Of a stretch of DNA of 64,000 nt, positions 12,884 to 27,239 are shown one piece after another. The translations under genes and the position numbers were made by a program. The stretch spans positions 115,568,001 to 115,632,000 of the forward strand of contig NC_043003.1 of NCBI RefSeq assembly GCF_006345805.1, read 5' to 3'. Within the stretch, counting starts at the first letter, position 1. Each line of letters starts with the position of its first letter. Under the pieces are notes generated by a model. It worked only from the letters and a program-made list of their open reading frames with translations, was not told where the DNA came from and made no database searches. This stretch comes from Octopus sinensis. Lineage: Eukaryota.

Positions 12884-13626
12884 CGCCCGGTCACAGAGTT
12901 ACCAATGGTTTCGCATCTATAAATTACTTAGTGTTAGACTCTAATCGGAGAGGGTATATACCCTCTATTCAATCTGGAGGTAGAAAACATGTACGGCCAG
13001 TTAATTTGTAAACACAGAATTCTATAAATTGTTTAAGCTTTAAACAGGACAGAACTGCCTTTAAGCAACGCTTTTACAACTACAAGCCCTCTTTTAGGGT
13101 TCTGGAAAGACGTTACCTCACGTCCCTTGCAAGCCACGTATAGAGCCTTAAGACGGAAGGAACCCCCATACGAAACTAAATGGAGAACGATGCAAGCTTT
13201 GCATAGCAGAGCGAGTAAGGAGCATTAAAGACTCGCTGGATCCGGGATCTCTCTTAATAGCAAGACATAAGATCTGTTGTCTCTGATCCCATTTCAGACA
13301 CCACCTGCTGCAGGAGTGAAATTACCCAATTCGTCGATTAGAAAGGGGAAAATTCTTGCAGATCTAATGATTGAGATTCTCTCTTCGCCTTTTAGGTCCA
13401 TAAGATTTGCCAACGGAATCAGTCAAAGGGAGATGTCATACTGTTTAAAAGCGGAAAATAAGCCTTGCGCCACTAACACCGATATTTGAATGAAATGCAG
13501 TTTGGGTACTCTGGCCCAGGAGGGAAACAAAATCAGTGCGTGATCTGGGCATTAAATTTAGTAACGATGTAACTTTCCAGAGGCTTATTGCTAAGAAGGC
13601 AATAACATGCAGGCGGGTGAAACTAG
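12881..13626 (+). mobile_element. Probable Penelope-like remnant (GIY-YIG C-terminal similarity); second copy 14582-15329
   Basis: About 13040-13170 reads TAFKQRFYNYKPSFR...TSLASHV*SLK, resembling the FK.R...HK.SFR...T.L..HIW.LK segment of PLE endonucleases; TA-flanked. Confidence 0.5.
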
Positions 13627-13647
13627 TAATATATCAATATATATATA

Positions 13648-13964
13648 TCTATATATATAAAACTCAACTTGTGTGTCTGTGTGTGTATCTGTGTGTGTGT
13701 GTCTGTGTGTTTAACTTCCCGGCACATCTCCTCCTAACCAACAAATCGTAGAACCACCAAAAATGGGTCACTTAAAGTTTAGGCAAATGAAAATTGAAGA
13801 TATAAAAACGAATCGCCGTAAACATTGTAGAAATTCGGCAAAGAAATGAATTTTCGGGATTTAGCCTGGAGGGTTTTTTCGTATAAATATATATATATAT
13901 TGATTGATTGATTCTAGTTTCAGCTCATGAGCTGTGGCCATGATGGGGCACCGCCATTTATATA

Positions 13965-13999
<35 letters not shown>

Positions 14000-14329
14000 C
14001 AAACATATATATATATATATATATATAATATACAACATACATATAAACATATATATATATGAAAGTATTATAGAAGAAGGCTAACTCTTCCTTCCGTACA
14101 AGGAAAAATTCAAATCGGACCATGTTAACACCAAAAATTATTTACATCAAAAAGGTGCCTTTTTTCTATGAAAATCCCTATTTTTTACGATGTTTTGACT
14201 GCTGTGTCGCCATTTTTCTGTGCATTTCACTTAAAGAGAATAACAAGCTACATACTGCCAAATTTTTACTTTTCAAAAATTCCAATTCTAAAGGATCTAA
14301 ACAAACCGCAACGCTGGGCGATACTGCTA

Positions 14330-14330
<1 letters not shown>
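13648..14330 (+). mobile_element. Non-autonomous Helitron
   Basis: A|TC 5' end (tctatatatataaaactc); 3' cgcaacgctgggcgatactgCTAG|T; carries an internal SINE-tail/TA insertion at about 13885-14065. Confidence 0.8.
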
Positions 14331-14364
<34 letters not shown>

Positions 14365-14398
14365 AATGTCGATAAAAGATATGTTATGTATGTATGGG

Positions 14399-14505
<107 letters not shown>

Positions 14506-14550
14506 CATATATATATACACATATGTATAGATAATTATAGATAGTTAGAT

Positions 14551-14584
<34 letters not shown>

Positions 14585-15349
14585 CGCCCGGTCACAGAGT
14601 TACCAATGGTTTCGCATCTATAAATTACTTAGTGTTAGACTCTAATCGGAGAGGGTATATACCCTCTATTCAATCTGGAGGTAGAAAAACATGTACGGCC
14701 AGTTAATTTGTAAACACAGAATTCTATAAATTGTTTAAGCTTTAAACAGGACAGAACTGCCTTTAAGCAACGCTTTTACAACTACAAGCCCTCTTTTAGG
14801 GTTCTGGAAAGACGTTACCTCACGTCCCTTGCAAGCCACGTATAGAGCCTTAAGACGGAAGGAACCCCCATACGAAACTAAATGGAGAACGATGCAAGCT
14901 TTGCATAGCAGAGCGAGTAAGGAGCATTAAAGACTCGCTGGATCCGGGATCTCTCTTAATAGCAAGACATAAGATCTGTTGTCTCTGATCCCATTTCAGA
15001 CACCACCTGCTGCAGGAGTGAAATTACCCAATTCGTCGATTAGAAAGGGGAAAATTCTTGCAGATCTAATGATTGAGATTCTCTCTTCGCCTTTTAGGTC
15101 CATAAGATTTGCCAACGGAATCAGTCAAAGGGAGATGTCATACTGTTTAAAAGCGGAAAATAAGCCTTGCGCCACTAACACCGATATTTGAATGAAATGC
15201 AGTTTGGGTACTCTGGCCCAGGAGGGAAACAAAATCAGTGCGTGATCTGGGCATTAAATTTAGTAACGATGTAACTTTCCAGAGGCTTATTGCTAAGAAG
15301 GCAATAACATGCAGGCGGGTGAAACTAGTAATATATCAATATATATATA

Positions 15350-15657
15350 TCTATATATATAAAACTCAACTTGTGTGTCTGTGTGTGTATCTGTGTGTGT
15401 GTGTCTGTGTGTTTAACTTCCCGGCACATCTCCTCCTAACCAACAAATCCTAGAACCACCAAAAATGGGTCACTTAATGTTTAGGCAAATGAAAATTGAA
15501 GATATAAAAACGAATCGCCGTAAACATTGTAGAAATTCGGCAAAGAAATGAATTTTCGGGATTTAGCCTGGAGGGTTTTTTCGTATTAATATATATATAT
15601 ATTGATTGATTGATTCTAGTTTCAGCTCATGAGCTGTGGCCATGATGGGGCACCGCC

Positions 15658-15736
<79 letters not shown>

Positions 15737-16031
15737 AACATACATATAAACATATATATATATGAAAGTATTATAGAAGAAGGCTAACTCTTCCTTCCGT
15801 ACAAGGAAAAATTCAAATCGGACCATGTTAACACCAAAAATTATTTACATCAAAAAGGTGCCTTTTTTCTATGAAAATCCCTATTTTTTACGATGTTTTG
15901 ACTGCTGTGTCGCCATTTTTCTGTGCATTTCACTTAAAGAGAATAACAAGCTACATACTGCCAAATTTTTACTTTTCAAAAATTCCAATTCTAAAGGATC
16001 TAAACACCCGCAACGCTGGGCGATACTGCTA

Positions 16032-16032
<1 letters not shown>
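15350..16032 (+). mobile_element. Non-autonomous Helitron, duplicated copy
   Basis: Same termini as 13648-14330; part of the tandem duplication. Confidence 0.8.
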
Positions 16033-16074
<42 letters not shown>

Positions 16075-16123
16075 AATGTCGATAAAAGATATGTTATGTA
16101 TGTATGGGTATATAAATATATAT

Positions 16124-16169
<46 letters not shown>

Positions 16170-16231
16170 TATATACACATATGTATAGATAATTATAGAT
16201 AGTTAGATTGATATATATATTATATATATAT

Positions 16232-16270
<39 letters not shown>

Positions 16271-16569
16271 GAGGGAGAGAGAGAGAAAATGAATTCTTTC
16301 GGAAGTATTCAACTATAATTATATAAAATACATGCATAAAAAGACGAGACTGAAACTTAAAAAAGAAAATTGAATATCTACAAAACAATATTTAAAAATC
16401 ATATTTGAAACAGAATAATTCCCATCGGCCTACTCAATGGAAATACATTCAATTAAATACTTGACGGAATCCGTCTCATATGCAATGGTATATTAGTCTG
16501 CAGTATTAGAATTAATTGCAAGATAAAGAAGCATCAAAAATATAAGATGAAGTTCTTCATGGTAATGAT

Positions 16570-16722
16570 CACCAAGATGATGATGATGGTGCTGGTGAAT
16601 TAAAATTATTATAAAGATGGTGGTGGTGATGATGATGACAAATACGTCGATGATGATAATGATGGTGAGGATTATAATAATAACATCAATAATATTAATA
16701 ATAATTATTATCATTATTGTTG

Positions 16723-16753
<31 letters not shown>

Positions 16754-16761
16754 TATTATTA

Positions 16762-16826
<65 letters not shown>

Positions 16827-16845
16827 AGTTATTGCGATGATGATG
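16570..16845. repeat. Compound (GAT/AAT/ATT)n microsatellite
   Basis: Directly visible trinucleotide runs. Confidence 0.9.
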
Positions 16846-17113
16846 AAAATACTATATTAGCCACTCACGATGTAAAGAACATCTTAAAAATGCAATGTAA
16901 AGGAGGGTATGTATGGAAATAAATACATGAAGAAAATTAAAGCATATTAATTAAGAAGATAAATAAAGCAATATAAAGTACTTGGATTGCATAGAAAATT
17001 ACTTATTTTGTAACAATTGCAGTTATTATTTCGTAATACAGATACTCTTGTTTGCATCCGAGCACTTGGATAGCATCAGATGTGACAAATGTACCCTGGT
17101 CTGTTTCAAGTTT

Positions 17114-17554
17114 CGGATCATTTCGGTTTGAACGGCAGTTTTTTTTTTTAGCTGTGTCATATGAAATTGTCACCCATAATTATGACCCTAGTATCGATCT
17201 ATTGCATTTCAATCTGATTTAGAGTTAGGATTAGTTAGGGTTAGGGATAGGGTTACAGGTGGAGGGAAGGGTATCTTTTTTTCTTCACAAATGTAAATAA
17301 ACCTAATCTGTTTCTTAAACGAGGGACATATTCATACGGCATTGAATGTTTTTTTCTTCAATAGTGTCAGTGATTGGTTGAAACTGCAGAAATTGAAGAA
17401 AAAACAACAAATATATTCTAAACTATAGAATTTTCTCAATAAAGCCAAGAGAAAACGATGTTTCATAAACACATTCTACCAGTATACGAAGTTTAAAAGT
17501 TTTTAGTCACCTAGAAATTATGTTAAAAACTGCCGTTCAAACCGAAAAGATCCC
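17114..17554. mobile_element. TIR-bounded non-autonomous DNA transposon (MITE)
   Basis: TIRs of about 30 bp: cggatcatttcggtttgaacggcagtttt versus aaaaactgccgttcaaaccgaaaagatccc; internal degenerate TTAGGG-like run at about 17225-17255. Confidence 0.8.
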
Positions 17555-17997
17555 AATTTTCTAATTGAGTTTCTTTCCTATTTCCCATCACTTGTTTTCA
17601 TAGTTAAGTTCTATTTTATCCATGATTGTTTCGTTGATGCATATTCTCTTTTAGGTAACATTATTTTGCTCTCATGAGTAGGTACCACTGTTGTTTTCCT
17701 GGAACCTATTGATATCCTTCTGTGTGTCTCTTATCAGATTTGCATCGAAAGATGGTATTTTTGTCTTAATGAAATTTCTTTATATAGTTTCTCTTTCCTT
17801 ACAATTCATACATAAGTGCCTTTTTATCCACTTACAGATAATTTACACATACAGTTACACATACTTTACGCATACAGTTATAAAAATGAATATGTATTTC
17901 GTGATATATTTTAACTTCTACGAATTCCGTCATCTGGATGGCCTAACTACACGATAACTTTGTATTCGAGGATGCTTCTATTTCTACATATATATTC

Positions 17998-18222
17998 CTT
18001 TATTACCCACTAGGGGCTAAACATAGAGGGGACAAACAAGGACAGACAAAGGTATTAAGTCGATTACCTCGACACCAGTGCGCAACTGGTACTTAATTTA
18101 TCGACCCCGAAAAGATAAAAGGCAAAGTCGACCTCGGCGGAATTTGAACTCAGAAAGTAACGGCAGACGAAATACGGTTAAGCATTTCGCCCGGCATGCT
18201 AACGCATCTGCCAGCTCGCCGC
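17998..18222 (-). mobile_element. SINE family B, near full length
   Basis: Reverse complement begins ggcggcgagctggcagatgcgttagc and ends ...tgtttagcccctagtgggtaataaag. Confidence 0.9.
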
Positions 18223-19370
18223 CTATATTTCTTCATATAGTTTCTCATCCACGTAATCATCACCGGGTTTGCATAGGGAGCACTTACTGTTGTACCCAAT
18301 GACTGATTCCTTTCTTGGATATAGTTTGCTTTCTGCAAATCTCTTCACTTACACTGGATAGGCAGGTGATACAGTTTGTTTGAAACCATTCTACTTCTTC
18401 ATAGTTTCTCTTCTTCTAGATATTCCTTCCAATGCTTGTCATACAGAGAGGAATTTTTACCCATGAATTCTACATTCCTTCCTATGATTCCTCATTTATT
18501 CCCACGACTTTAATTGCATTTGAAGGTTCTACGCTTTTATCTACTACATTTCTACTTTGTTACTCTTTCCTTTCTGGTTATTCCATCTTATGGGTTTATA
18601 TCCTTAATTGTTATTATTATCTTTCTCTATTCTACGTATTCCAGTGTTTGCTTTTTACTGAGAGGTGATACTACGGGTTAATCCTATTACTGTTGTAATT
18701 TCTCTTCTAACTATCCCATAATATGGATCGCATACGTATCTGATTATTATCTACTCGGCTTTTTCTATTTCTTTATATAATTCCTCTATTAAATACCATT
18801 ACACTTTTCACATAGATTAGTGTTTCAGTTGTACCCATTTCTTTTCTAGAGATCCCGTCACTTGGCCTATATAATATGTACTCCAGTCATTCTCAGTGTT
18901 GTTTCAATTTCTTGATATTGATCATATTTACACATAACCAGACTTACATTGGACTCGTTACACACCAAATTGAATGAAACACGATTTGGAGATACCTTTA
19001 GCCATACTAGCATTCTCCTGCACTTTTATACAAAGTCTTTTGTCTTGGCTTCATCCTACATCTGGGTTTTCTTCTTTACGAACCACAGATCAAGTATCTA
19101 CATTCATTTATTTTTGTCCATTATGTCAAGCTCAAAACGCTTTACGTTCTTAAATGTAGGCTTGTTCAGGCTAGAATCTGATGACAAATATCTTAATGGT
19201 AGGTGATTTGCAGATTTCGCTGTGTTGCTAGTCAAACGGCGGCATTATTGGACAAAACCCGAAATAACTGAGCAGTATTCTTTAGGACATAACTGCACAC
19301 CAATTACCGGGAAAATACTAGAAAAGATCAGAAATATTAAATTTCTAAATATCTCATAGATATACGTACG

Positions 19371-19573
19371 GTGGTTGTATACTGTCAACTTAACGTGACA
19401 GTAGGGGATTACACCACCGCTGTTTAACCCTAGGAAGCATCGACGCTTCCTGTCGGCTTATATAAGGACACAGGAAATGTGTCGAAGCCGACAGGAAGCG
19501 TCGATGCTTCCTAGGTCTAAACAGCGGTGGTGTAATCCCCTACTGTTACGTTAAGTTGACAGTATACAACCAC
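19371..19573. mobile_element. Foldback MITE: arms of about 89 bp around a short spacer
   Basis: gtggttgtatactgtcaacttaacgtgacagtaggggattacaccaccgctgttta...ggaagcatcgacgcttcctgtcggctt is mirrored at 19485-19573 with few mismatches. Confidence 0.85.
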
Positions 19574-20861
19574 ACTAGAAAAGATGCCATCGACATTGCT
19601 AACTGTACTTAATCCTGAATGGTACAATGAAATGAGTGGAAAGAACTGCCCGACCAGAAAATGAAATCAGTGTGAAAGATCAACACATATTCTTGTGCAT
19701 TGGGATTGAGGTGGAAAAGCTGAAAGAAATACAACCTTGAAGTTCTTCTGGAACTGCAAAGAAAAGTGAGAGACAGTGTATGTTTTGTTGACTTTGCCAT
19801 GAATCATCTATTGCTACTCTCCTAGAATCTCTCCTCACATACACACCTCCGGCAACAACGATTCTACTTAAGATATCGTGAATTATCCGAGTATTTGCAT
19901 AATTGTCAAACATCATTAGCTGTCCTACGTATTTGGAAGATAGTCTCTTGATATATTTATGTCTCTTTTAACATTTTAAAAATATATAAGATTAAGTTTA
20001 TAGCGATTTCCTCAATGACTTTCTTTGCATTAACCGATAAAATCAGATAATGATCTTTCATTTTTGTGTTTGGTTTGCAAGGATTTTGATAAGAGTTCGT
20101 GAGGTGAAACAAATATTATTGTATCTTTAGTGGGGGTGGGGGCATATCGTCAATAATAATCATACATGCTCTGGTTCGATATCACTTCTTTATTGTTAGT
20201 AACTTGGTTAATTTGAGAAGGTCGCAAACAGCGACGAAAGTGTTTGACAAACAGACAAGCGATAGATTGTTTAACAAGCACATTACTCAAACGATCAATT
20301 AATTAGTTGATAAGATATTTAACTAATTAACTAGCAATAAATGATATTTAACTAGTTCGTGTGCTATAATTATTGGCGTATTGACCACTCCAGGACACAA
20401 CAAAATTTAGTTATTGTTTTAGCAGATACAGAGAAACACAAACGTTGCGATGAATTGTAAATATTAAAGAGATACTTTTTCAGATAAATAGAAAATGTTT
20501 TGTTGTAGATAAAGGGTCACAAAATTAAACGTTTACCGATACTGCGAAGTGGGAGGCTAAACTGCGCAAGAATTCTACGCGTTATATGAATGTTATGGTG
20601 TTAACACTAACTAAAATATTTTGTGTAATGTATTTCATTGCACAGTTGCTCCTGCGTCAAATACAGAGTTAGGAGACGCAGGTAGAGATACTGTTTCACA
20701 CAGTTCAGAATGAATAACAGGGAAAGTGTGTAGTCGCATTTGTGACGTAAAGATTCCATACATACACACACACACACATATATATACATATATATTCACA
20801 TACATGTACATATATATAATGGGTGTTTATATATATATACATACATATATATATATAATTG

Positions 20862-20894
<33 letters not shown>

Positions 20895-21296
20895 ATATAC
20901 TAATATACACATATATATATATGCATATATACTAACATATATATATTGTATCGCATTTGACTTTGTATATATGCTATATGTATACATACTAATATGTAGA
21001 TATATATTTATATACATTTATACATAAATATATACGCACGACAACACACACACATATATATATAAACTTAGTATACGCATGACTCAGAAATACTAGTATT
21101 TAAAATCATATTTGGGCCGTAAAGACTCAATATGGATGTGCATATATGTGTGTGTATGTATGTATGTATGTATATATATACATATACATATATATATATA
21201 TGTGTGTATACATATATACATATGTATGTATATATGCATATATACCTATCTATATCTATCTATCTATCTATCTATCTATATCTATCTATCTATCTA

Positions 21297-21380
<84 letters not shown>

Positions 21381-21772
21381 TGTATGTATTGGTCTGTCTT
21401 TATATGTATACATATTTGTATTTGTGTAAAAGTATATCACAGATCCAACCATGCCCAATTTGCCATTTGCCTGACGCACACAAGAATAATCATTCATGCG
21501 ATCATAACCTACAACAGTAACATCATGGCTTCCTTATCTCTTGGTGGTATCATGATATGGGTAAATGGAATAGATTGTTTAGAAATTATATAGCCTACTT
21601 GGCGGACCTGCCGGACTTAGTTTCGACTGTTATTCATCTGCAGTAATTAGAGATTGTGCTAGCTTCTCATAGCCTTTCTATGTTGTATTATATTATTTCT
21701 TGTACGTGCACCACGTGCTATGTACGTGTATGTGTGTATGTGTGTGTGTGTGTGTGTGTTGTGTGTGTGTGT

Positions 21773-21811
<39 letters not shown>

Positions 21812-22526
21812 GTGTGTTTGTATGTTTTATATTGCATTTTGTTATCGTATTTTCTATTTCTTCGTTGCTGTTGTTCATTCTTTGCGCAGATGGTTAGAGC
21901 AGATTTATCAGAATACATTTCTAACCACTGTTATTTTTCTGTAATTACATGAGCACAAATGAAAGTCATCAAGCAAACTGCAAATGCAATAAGAAAAAAA
22001 AATAAAGAGAAAAATAAACCATAAAATAATTGCAACATCTATAATAGGAGCAAAACAACAAAAAAAGTATTTGCGAAATCTATGTATAATAAAAAAAAAA
22101 ATAATCACCGCGTATTTATATTAACAAAAGCTGAAGACTAATGTCACAATCCACCGCAAAGAAAAAAAAACGGAAAATAACTAAAGTATACAATAGTCCC
22201 TATAACGTTTTTTGAAAATAATGATTTCTCGCTTTGGCAAAACTGCAGACATATAGCGGATTTGGAATTCTACACCAGCCCCATTTGCGTTATAATAACA
22301 TTGTTTCTATAATTTAGTTACACAGTATGAAGGATCAAACTGTCGTTTAATTCGACTTGGTGTCACAGTCACCCTTATATACTTGGTCCTCGACTTATTT
22401 CGTTCGGTAGCATTTTTTATCCGAATCCATACAAGAAGATGAATATCTTTCAACAACTTATACATTTGCCTTCAATACTTGTTATAAATTTTGCCACAAT
22501 GTCTCACACACACACGCGCACGCACG

Positions 22527-22563
<37 letters not shown>

Positions 22564-22564
22564 T

Positions 22565-22635
<71 letters not shown>

Positions 22636-23261
22636 ATACATACCAATTTTTACCAGTAATTCAACGGATAATAGAACCACTAGTTTGGTGTAATATAGTA
22701 ATGCACCCCCTAATTTATTATATATATATATATGATTTTATGAAATGGATTCATAAGTATCACTGCACATCATGCAATTCGTTAGACGCCTGAAAGAGCG
22801 GAGGTTCTATAGCCTAGCACACAAACTGAAATAAACGATATTGACACTGAATACGTCAGGTGTTGGTGGGTTCCTGTAGATAAGCAAATATCAAATTTAA
22901 ACCATAGATCCGGCACAGTGGTGACTGCTATGTTTCACTAGGTATAAACATTCAAAACTTACACGCAAACGGTGCTTAAAATATACGAGGGCTATTTCGG
23001 TTCAATTTTATCTATTTAATAAATCCGTACATTACATCACAATACCTGATTCGCCTACGTCAACTCAAATTTGAAACTGTAAGATTTCAAAGAAATATGA
23101 CTTTAAACTTCGATCTACATACAGGCAATAACAAATGTTTGCAATTCTGTTTTGTGATGGTAGGTTATATCTTATGATTTTAACATGTATAAACTGACAT
23201 CCAAAATTCTAAACACTATTTGCATTTATTTTGTACCTGTCTGTATTTCTGTATATATATA

Positions 23262-23864
23262 TATATATATACATCTTATAAACAAGGGAAAAAGAAAAAA
23301 ATTCTGATGCTAAATATGCCGAAATAGACTTAATCGTCAATTACCATATTGGACCCGATTTCAGAGTTAGTTCGTAAGAACCTTCCCTTCGTCAGTGATA
23401 AATGCGGCAAAGGAATAAATGAAATACTTGCTCATACCCATGAAAGAAGCAAACACTAAGCCACGAGCACAATTAAGTACCCCAAATATATCCAAAATAG
23501 AAATTCTCCAGCCCATTCGAGACACGGGCGATTTAAACTGAACACTCTCAAAGAGCAAGAGAGTCCGGAAGTGAACACGATTAAATTTACATCTAATATA
23601 GGATAAATTTTTTTCGAAAAAATAATTTTATCAATGGCCAGCATATAAAAAAATTTTTAGAAATTTCTGTCGGTTTTCTTCGAGATACCTGCTTATAGTG
23701 TTAAATTATATGGTTATTGACGATTAAGTCTATTTCGGCATATTTGGCATTAATTTTTTTTTTTCTTTTGCCCTTGTTTATAAGTTGTTTATAAATTTAA
23801 CCTTTAAGGTATTTTTAATATGCTGGCCATTGATAAAATGTTTTTTCCGAAAACATTTTATCCG

Positions 23865-23870
<6 letters not shown>
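23262..23870 (-). mobile_element. Penelope-like non-coding element with an inverted partial terminal copy
   Basis: Homologous to 58201-58790; about 23645-23870 is an inverted copy of the family's terminal blocks; TA tracts on both sides. Confidence 0.7.
23347..23400 (-). ncRNA. Hammerhead motif, partly degenerate
   Basis: Reverse complement: tatca CTGACGA aggg aa ggttc ttac gaact aa ctct GAAA tcgg GTC|caata; core intact, stem I mismatched. Confidence 0.55.
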
Positions 23871-23924
<54 letters not shown>

Positions 23925-24049
23925 CTTAATTTCAGCTCAAAGCTGTTAGCATGCTGGGGTACGGACGTTTTGTTACACTGTTATTATGGAGTGTCTCTTG
24001 TAATATGTGGTATTTGGTGAATAAGGGACTTTGATGTCGCAACTCTCAT

Positions 24050-24860
24050 CTGAATCTCTTGACGCGAGGTAGGTCCGTCTCCGACTCTCGACAGTAAGAG
24101 GTCCCGTCCCAGTAGCTGAGCTGTTGCAATGAGACGATCGCTGGATTGCTTCAAGACCCGCCCGCTGTTAATTTTACACTGTTGTGTGACCATAGCTGGG
24201 ATTAGTTGTTCGGAGGGCTGAGGATGAATGTCCTCCAGATGATCATCATTATTTCCCTTTTTTCTGGTTCTGAACGTTCTTTGTCGCCATCCTGGTAATG
24301 TTCACTTCGAAAGAGATATCTATCATCACTCATGTAGATACCCATGTCGATACCCAGGTCTCTCATTGATTTAGGCACTGGGATTGTAATCCCCTGTGGA
24401 CCAGTTTACTCTCGGAATTTTATATCCAGTTTTGGACGCTGGTAGCACCTGGCTTGGAACTTTTTAGCATTAAACTTCATATTATTGTCCTCAACCCATC
24501 TGCAAATTGAGTCCAACTCCTTTGCAGGTGTGCAACATCGCTAGGGTTCTGTATTTTCTGTGAGACTTTCGTATTGTCTGCGTAGCTAGCAAAGGTAGCT
24601 ATCTGGGCAACTGAGGTAATATGTGAGAAGACCACTATGCAAAGCAGTGGTCTCAAGACAGTGCCTTGTAGAACACTGCTCACTATTTGTGCGTTCCTTG
24701 ATATGGCTCCATTGGCCACTACTGCCTGACTTCTATCTTTCAGAAAGTCATATAACCACTCTCCAAGTTTTCCAAATATGTCGAGATTACCCATTTTGTG
24801 GCCTATCACACCATGATCCACTTCATCAAAAGTCAAGGTATATTACGTCCACATTCAATA
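24050..24860 (-). mobile_element. CR1-like LINE reverse transcriptase fragment
   Basis: TFDEVDHGVI...KLGEWLYDFLKDRSQAVVANG...VLQGTVLRPLL...YADNTK (degenerate RT motifs), then IIWRTFILS...LEAIQR. Confidence 0.85.
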
Positions 24861-25244
24861 CCCAGTCAGTCATATATATATATATATATAAATTATATAG
24901 AGATTTTCCGAAATATAGACATGTATATAACTCTTCCTCATTCCTGCAATATCGATCTTAATTCCTCTCTCACACTTTCTTCCTTTGTAGATTAATACAA
25001 ATGTAAATATTCTGATAATACCATTCCAAATTATTATTATCATAATACTGTTATTGACGATAATAATCATTTTCTTATTCGTTGACGCTAGCGTTGAATA
25101 TGAAATCCTTAACGTGATAATGATTATAAGGAGAATGGGGATAAAGATGATAAAAGAATGATAATGTGGTGGAAGTGGGTATGCAGTTTACTGCCCTGGG
25201 TCCCTGGTCAATTGCGACGATAATGGTTAGGCGGGTGTTTAGGC

Positions 25245-25323
25245 TATAAAGGGTAAATCTAAAGAAACGTTTGCCAGCAGAACAACAATCAACTGTGTTG
25301 AGTGACATAACAGTGACGTAAGT
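25245..25323 (+). promoter_or_regulatory. Candidate TATA box, short first exon and GTAAGT donor
   Basis: TATAAAG at 25245-25251 and a consensus donor GTAAGT at 25318-25323; the spacing fits an exon of about 40 nt. Motif-only evidence. Confidence 0.25.
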
Positions 25324-25852
25324 GTCAGAACAATTATCGTTTCAAACAATAACACACAATAACGAAATATCTCTGAAGCAAAGTGTACATCTATTTTAGA
25401 TTGCGGTCAAACATTAGGAAAATCCAGTAAAACAAACGGTACGACACCATGTTGTGTTAGTGCATTTTCTGCAACCTGTCGCGTGTGTTAGTTTCAAATG
25501 ACCCCAGAATGAAGACATAAAACTCTTTCCAGAATTACCGAGAATCTAGTTTAACCTAACTCTACACATCCCGAGAAATCTAAAATGGTGCATTTCAGGA
25601 AAAATAATTTTCCTTTGATAATTTTGGGGTTTCGTTTTGGGTTTCGTTTTTGGATTTGGTTTGCAAGATTCTTAATATGAGTTCGTGTGTTGAAACATAT
25701 TATCATGTGTCTGGGGAGAGTCATTTTCTTTTTGTGCCTTATAATGTAACACACTCACTGGTGAAATTTCCACTTATTTCTTATTTTTATTTTCCTAAAA
25801 TTTTCGTTCCGTCTTGCAACTTTTTTAATATTCAAGAAACACACACACGCAT

Positions 25853-25906
<54 letters not shown>

Positions 25907-25917
25907 TATATATACAC

Positions 25918-26075
25918 ATACGACGAGATTCTTTCAGTTTCTGTTTACCAAATACACTTGCAAGACTTTTGAGATCCTGCAGCTCAAGATGCCGCTTGCC
26001 CAAAATGTCACGCAGTGGCACTGACCCAGAACCATGTAGTTAATAAACAAACGTCTTGCCGCATAACCACACCTG
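25918..26075 (-). mobile_element. SINE family A, degenerate 5' half
   Basis: cgacgagattctttcagtttctgtttaccaaat...cttgcccaaaatgtcacgcagtgg..cagaaccatgtagt. Confidence 0.7.
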
Positions 26076-26269
26076 AGTCCATGTCAGCTGACATTACACA
26101 AATCAACACTTTGCCACCAGGAATCATTTCCTCGTTACAATCTAGATAAAAATTCAATTACTGTGAAAGAAGCAACAGAGAAATCAATCTTGTTCATGAC
26201 ACCATTTTGTATTAGTCTTCCCCATGTCGCTTGTAACACTTAACTCGGTGTGTCATTTCTTTTGTAAAG

Positions 26270-26394
26270 CAATAAGCTTTCGTTGAAGACGAAACAGTTA
26301 CTGTTTCTACTATGCTGATGAGAATGAAGAAACTCGCTCGCTCTTTCCCGATATTGAATTTGCAGGCTGTCGGATTCTGGTTCATTTCACAAAG
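26270..26394 (+). other. Candidate internal exon
   Basis: Pyrimidine tract + AAG acceptor (26268-69) and AAG|GTAAAG donor (26395); ATG at 26312 is open to the donor in phase 2. No homology recognised. Confidence 0.2.
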
Positions 26395-27239
26395 GTAAAG
26401 AACGCCTATGAGATGTAAAGGAAGAAGAGTGTGCAATAAATATATATTCAGGCACATTCTTTGATTTAGAAAGAATTTATTGTAATTCGCATTGTACAGG
26501 TATTTAATTGCATCGATCTAAATTTCTGAACCTTGAAACAGAGGAGAAATAATTGATACTTAAAAACGCCGATTAAGTGCAATACAAAAATAAAGAAATT
26601 CGGACAAATATCCAAATATAAAAGAAAAGAAATAAGCATTTCTTCATGCATACATTGCTTTTATTTTATATTCGTAGAAGCATTATTATTGTGAATATAA
26701 TTATATCAAAAGATTAATCTTTATTGCATGCTTTTATCACAGAAATACGCTCATATTTATGCTTTGCGTTGGTGAAACTTTTTTCTTCACTATCGAATTC
26801 TATGTATTTGAAGTAAAACACAAATACCACTTGTTTGTTCTCTATTGCACGTGTATTGTATGTATTCACATCGTGGGGTTATTTTCCACATTTTTAATCA
26901 TTGCCATTTTACATATTTTTGTAGGGCTTATTTCTATGGTTGAAACGTCACCTCCTCGTTATCTAAGTGTAATTATTTGAATATTTTTCAAGTTGTTTAT
27001 TATTTCCTGGATTCTCTCTTCAACAATAGGTTTCTGTTGAACGAAGTATTTCTCGCTCTCTCAGATATTTTCGTTATGTCTCTTAGAATTATGTTATATC
27101 ATAGAGGAGAGTCATTTATCGATCTTTACATGCCCTCCTCTTCCCAATGACAATGAGCAGACATAACAACCGATTCACAATACTGCCTGTATATTTGGAA
27201 AGGAGTATTTCTCAAGATATGGTCATATGTCTTTAAAAG

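Noticed and set aside
13560-13630. GAAACTAGTA as a hammerhead end or a Helitron CTAG end
   Set aside because: No recognisable CUGANGA core upstream and no clear Helitron 5' TC end; ambiguous.
17570-19200. Decayed A-rich minus-strand coding-like region
   Set aside because: Many stops and no diagnostic motif I could assign to a family.
21600-21650. Possible minus-strand hammerhead (CAGATGA...GAAAC TAA GTC)
   Set aside because: Core mutated and stems I and II do not pair convincingly.
26316-26335. CTGATGA...GAAA as a hammerhead
   Set aside because: No stem II or stem I pairing; chance motif.
26212-26457. Minus-strand ORF with GVLYLCE...C resembling an integrin FG-GAP segment
   Set aside because: Similarity is limited to a few residues and the rest does not fit.
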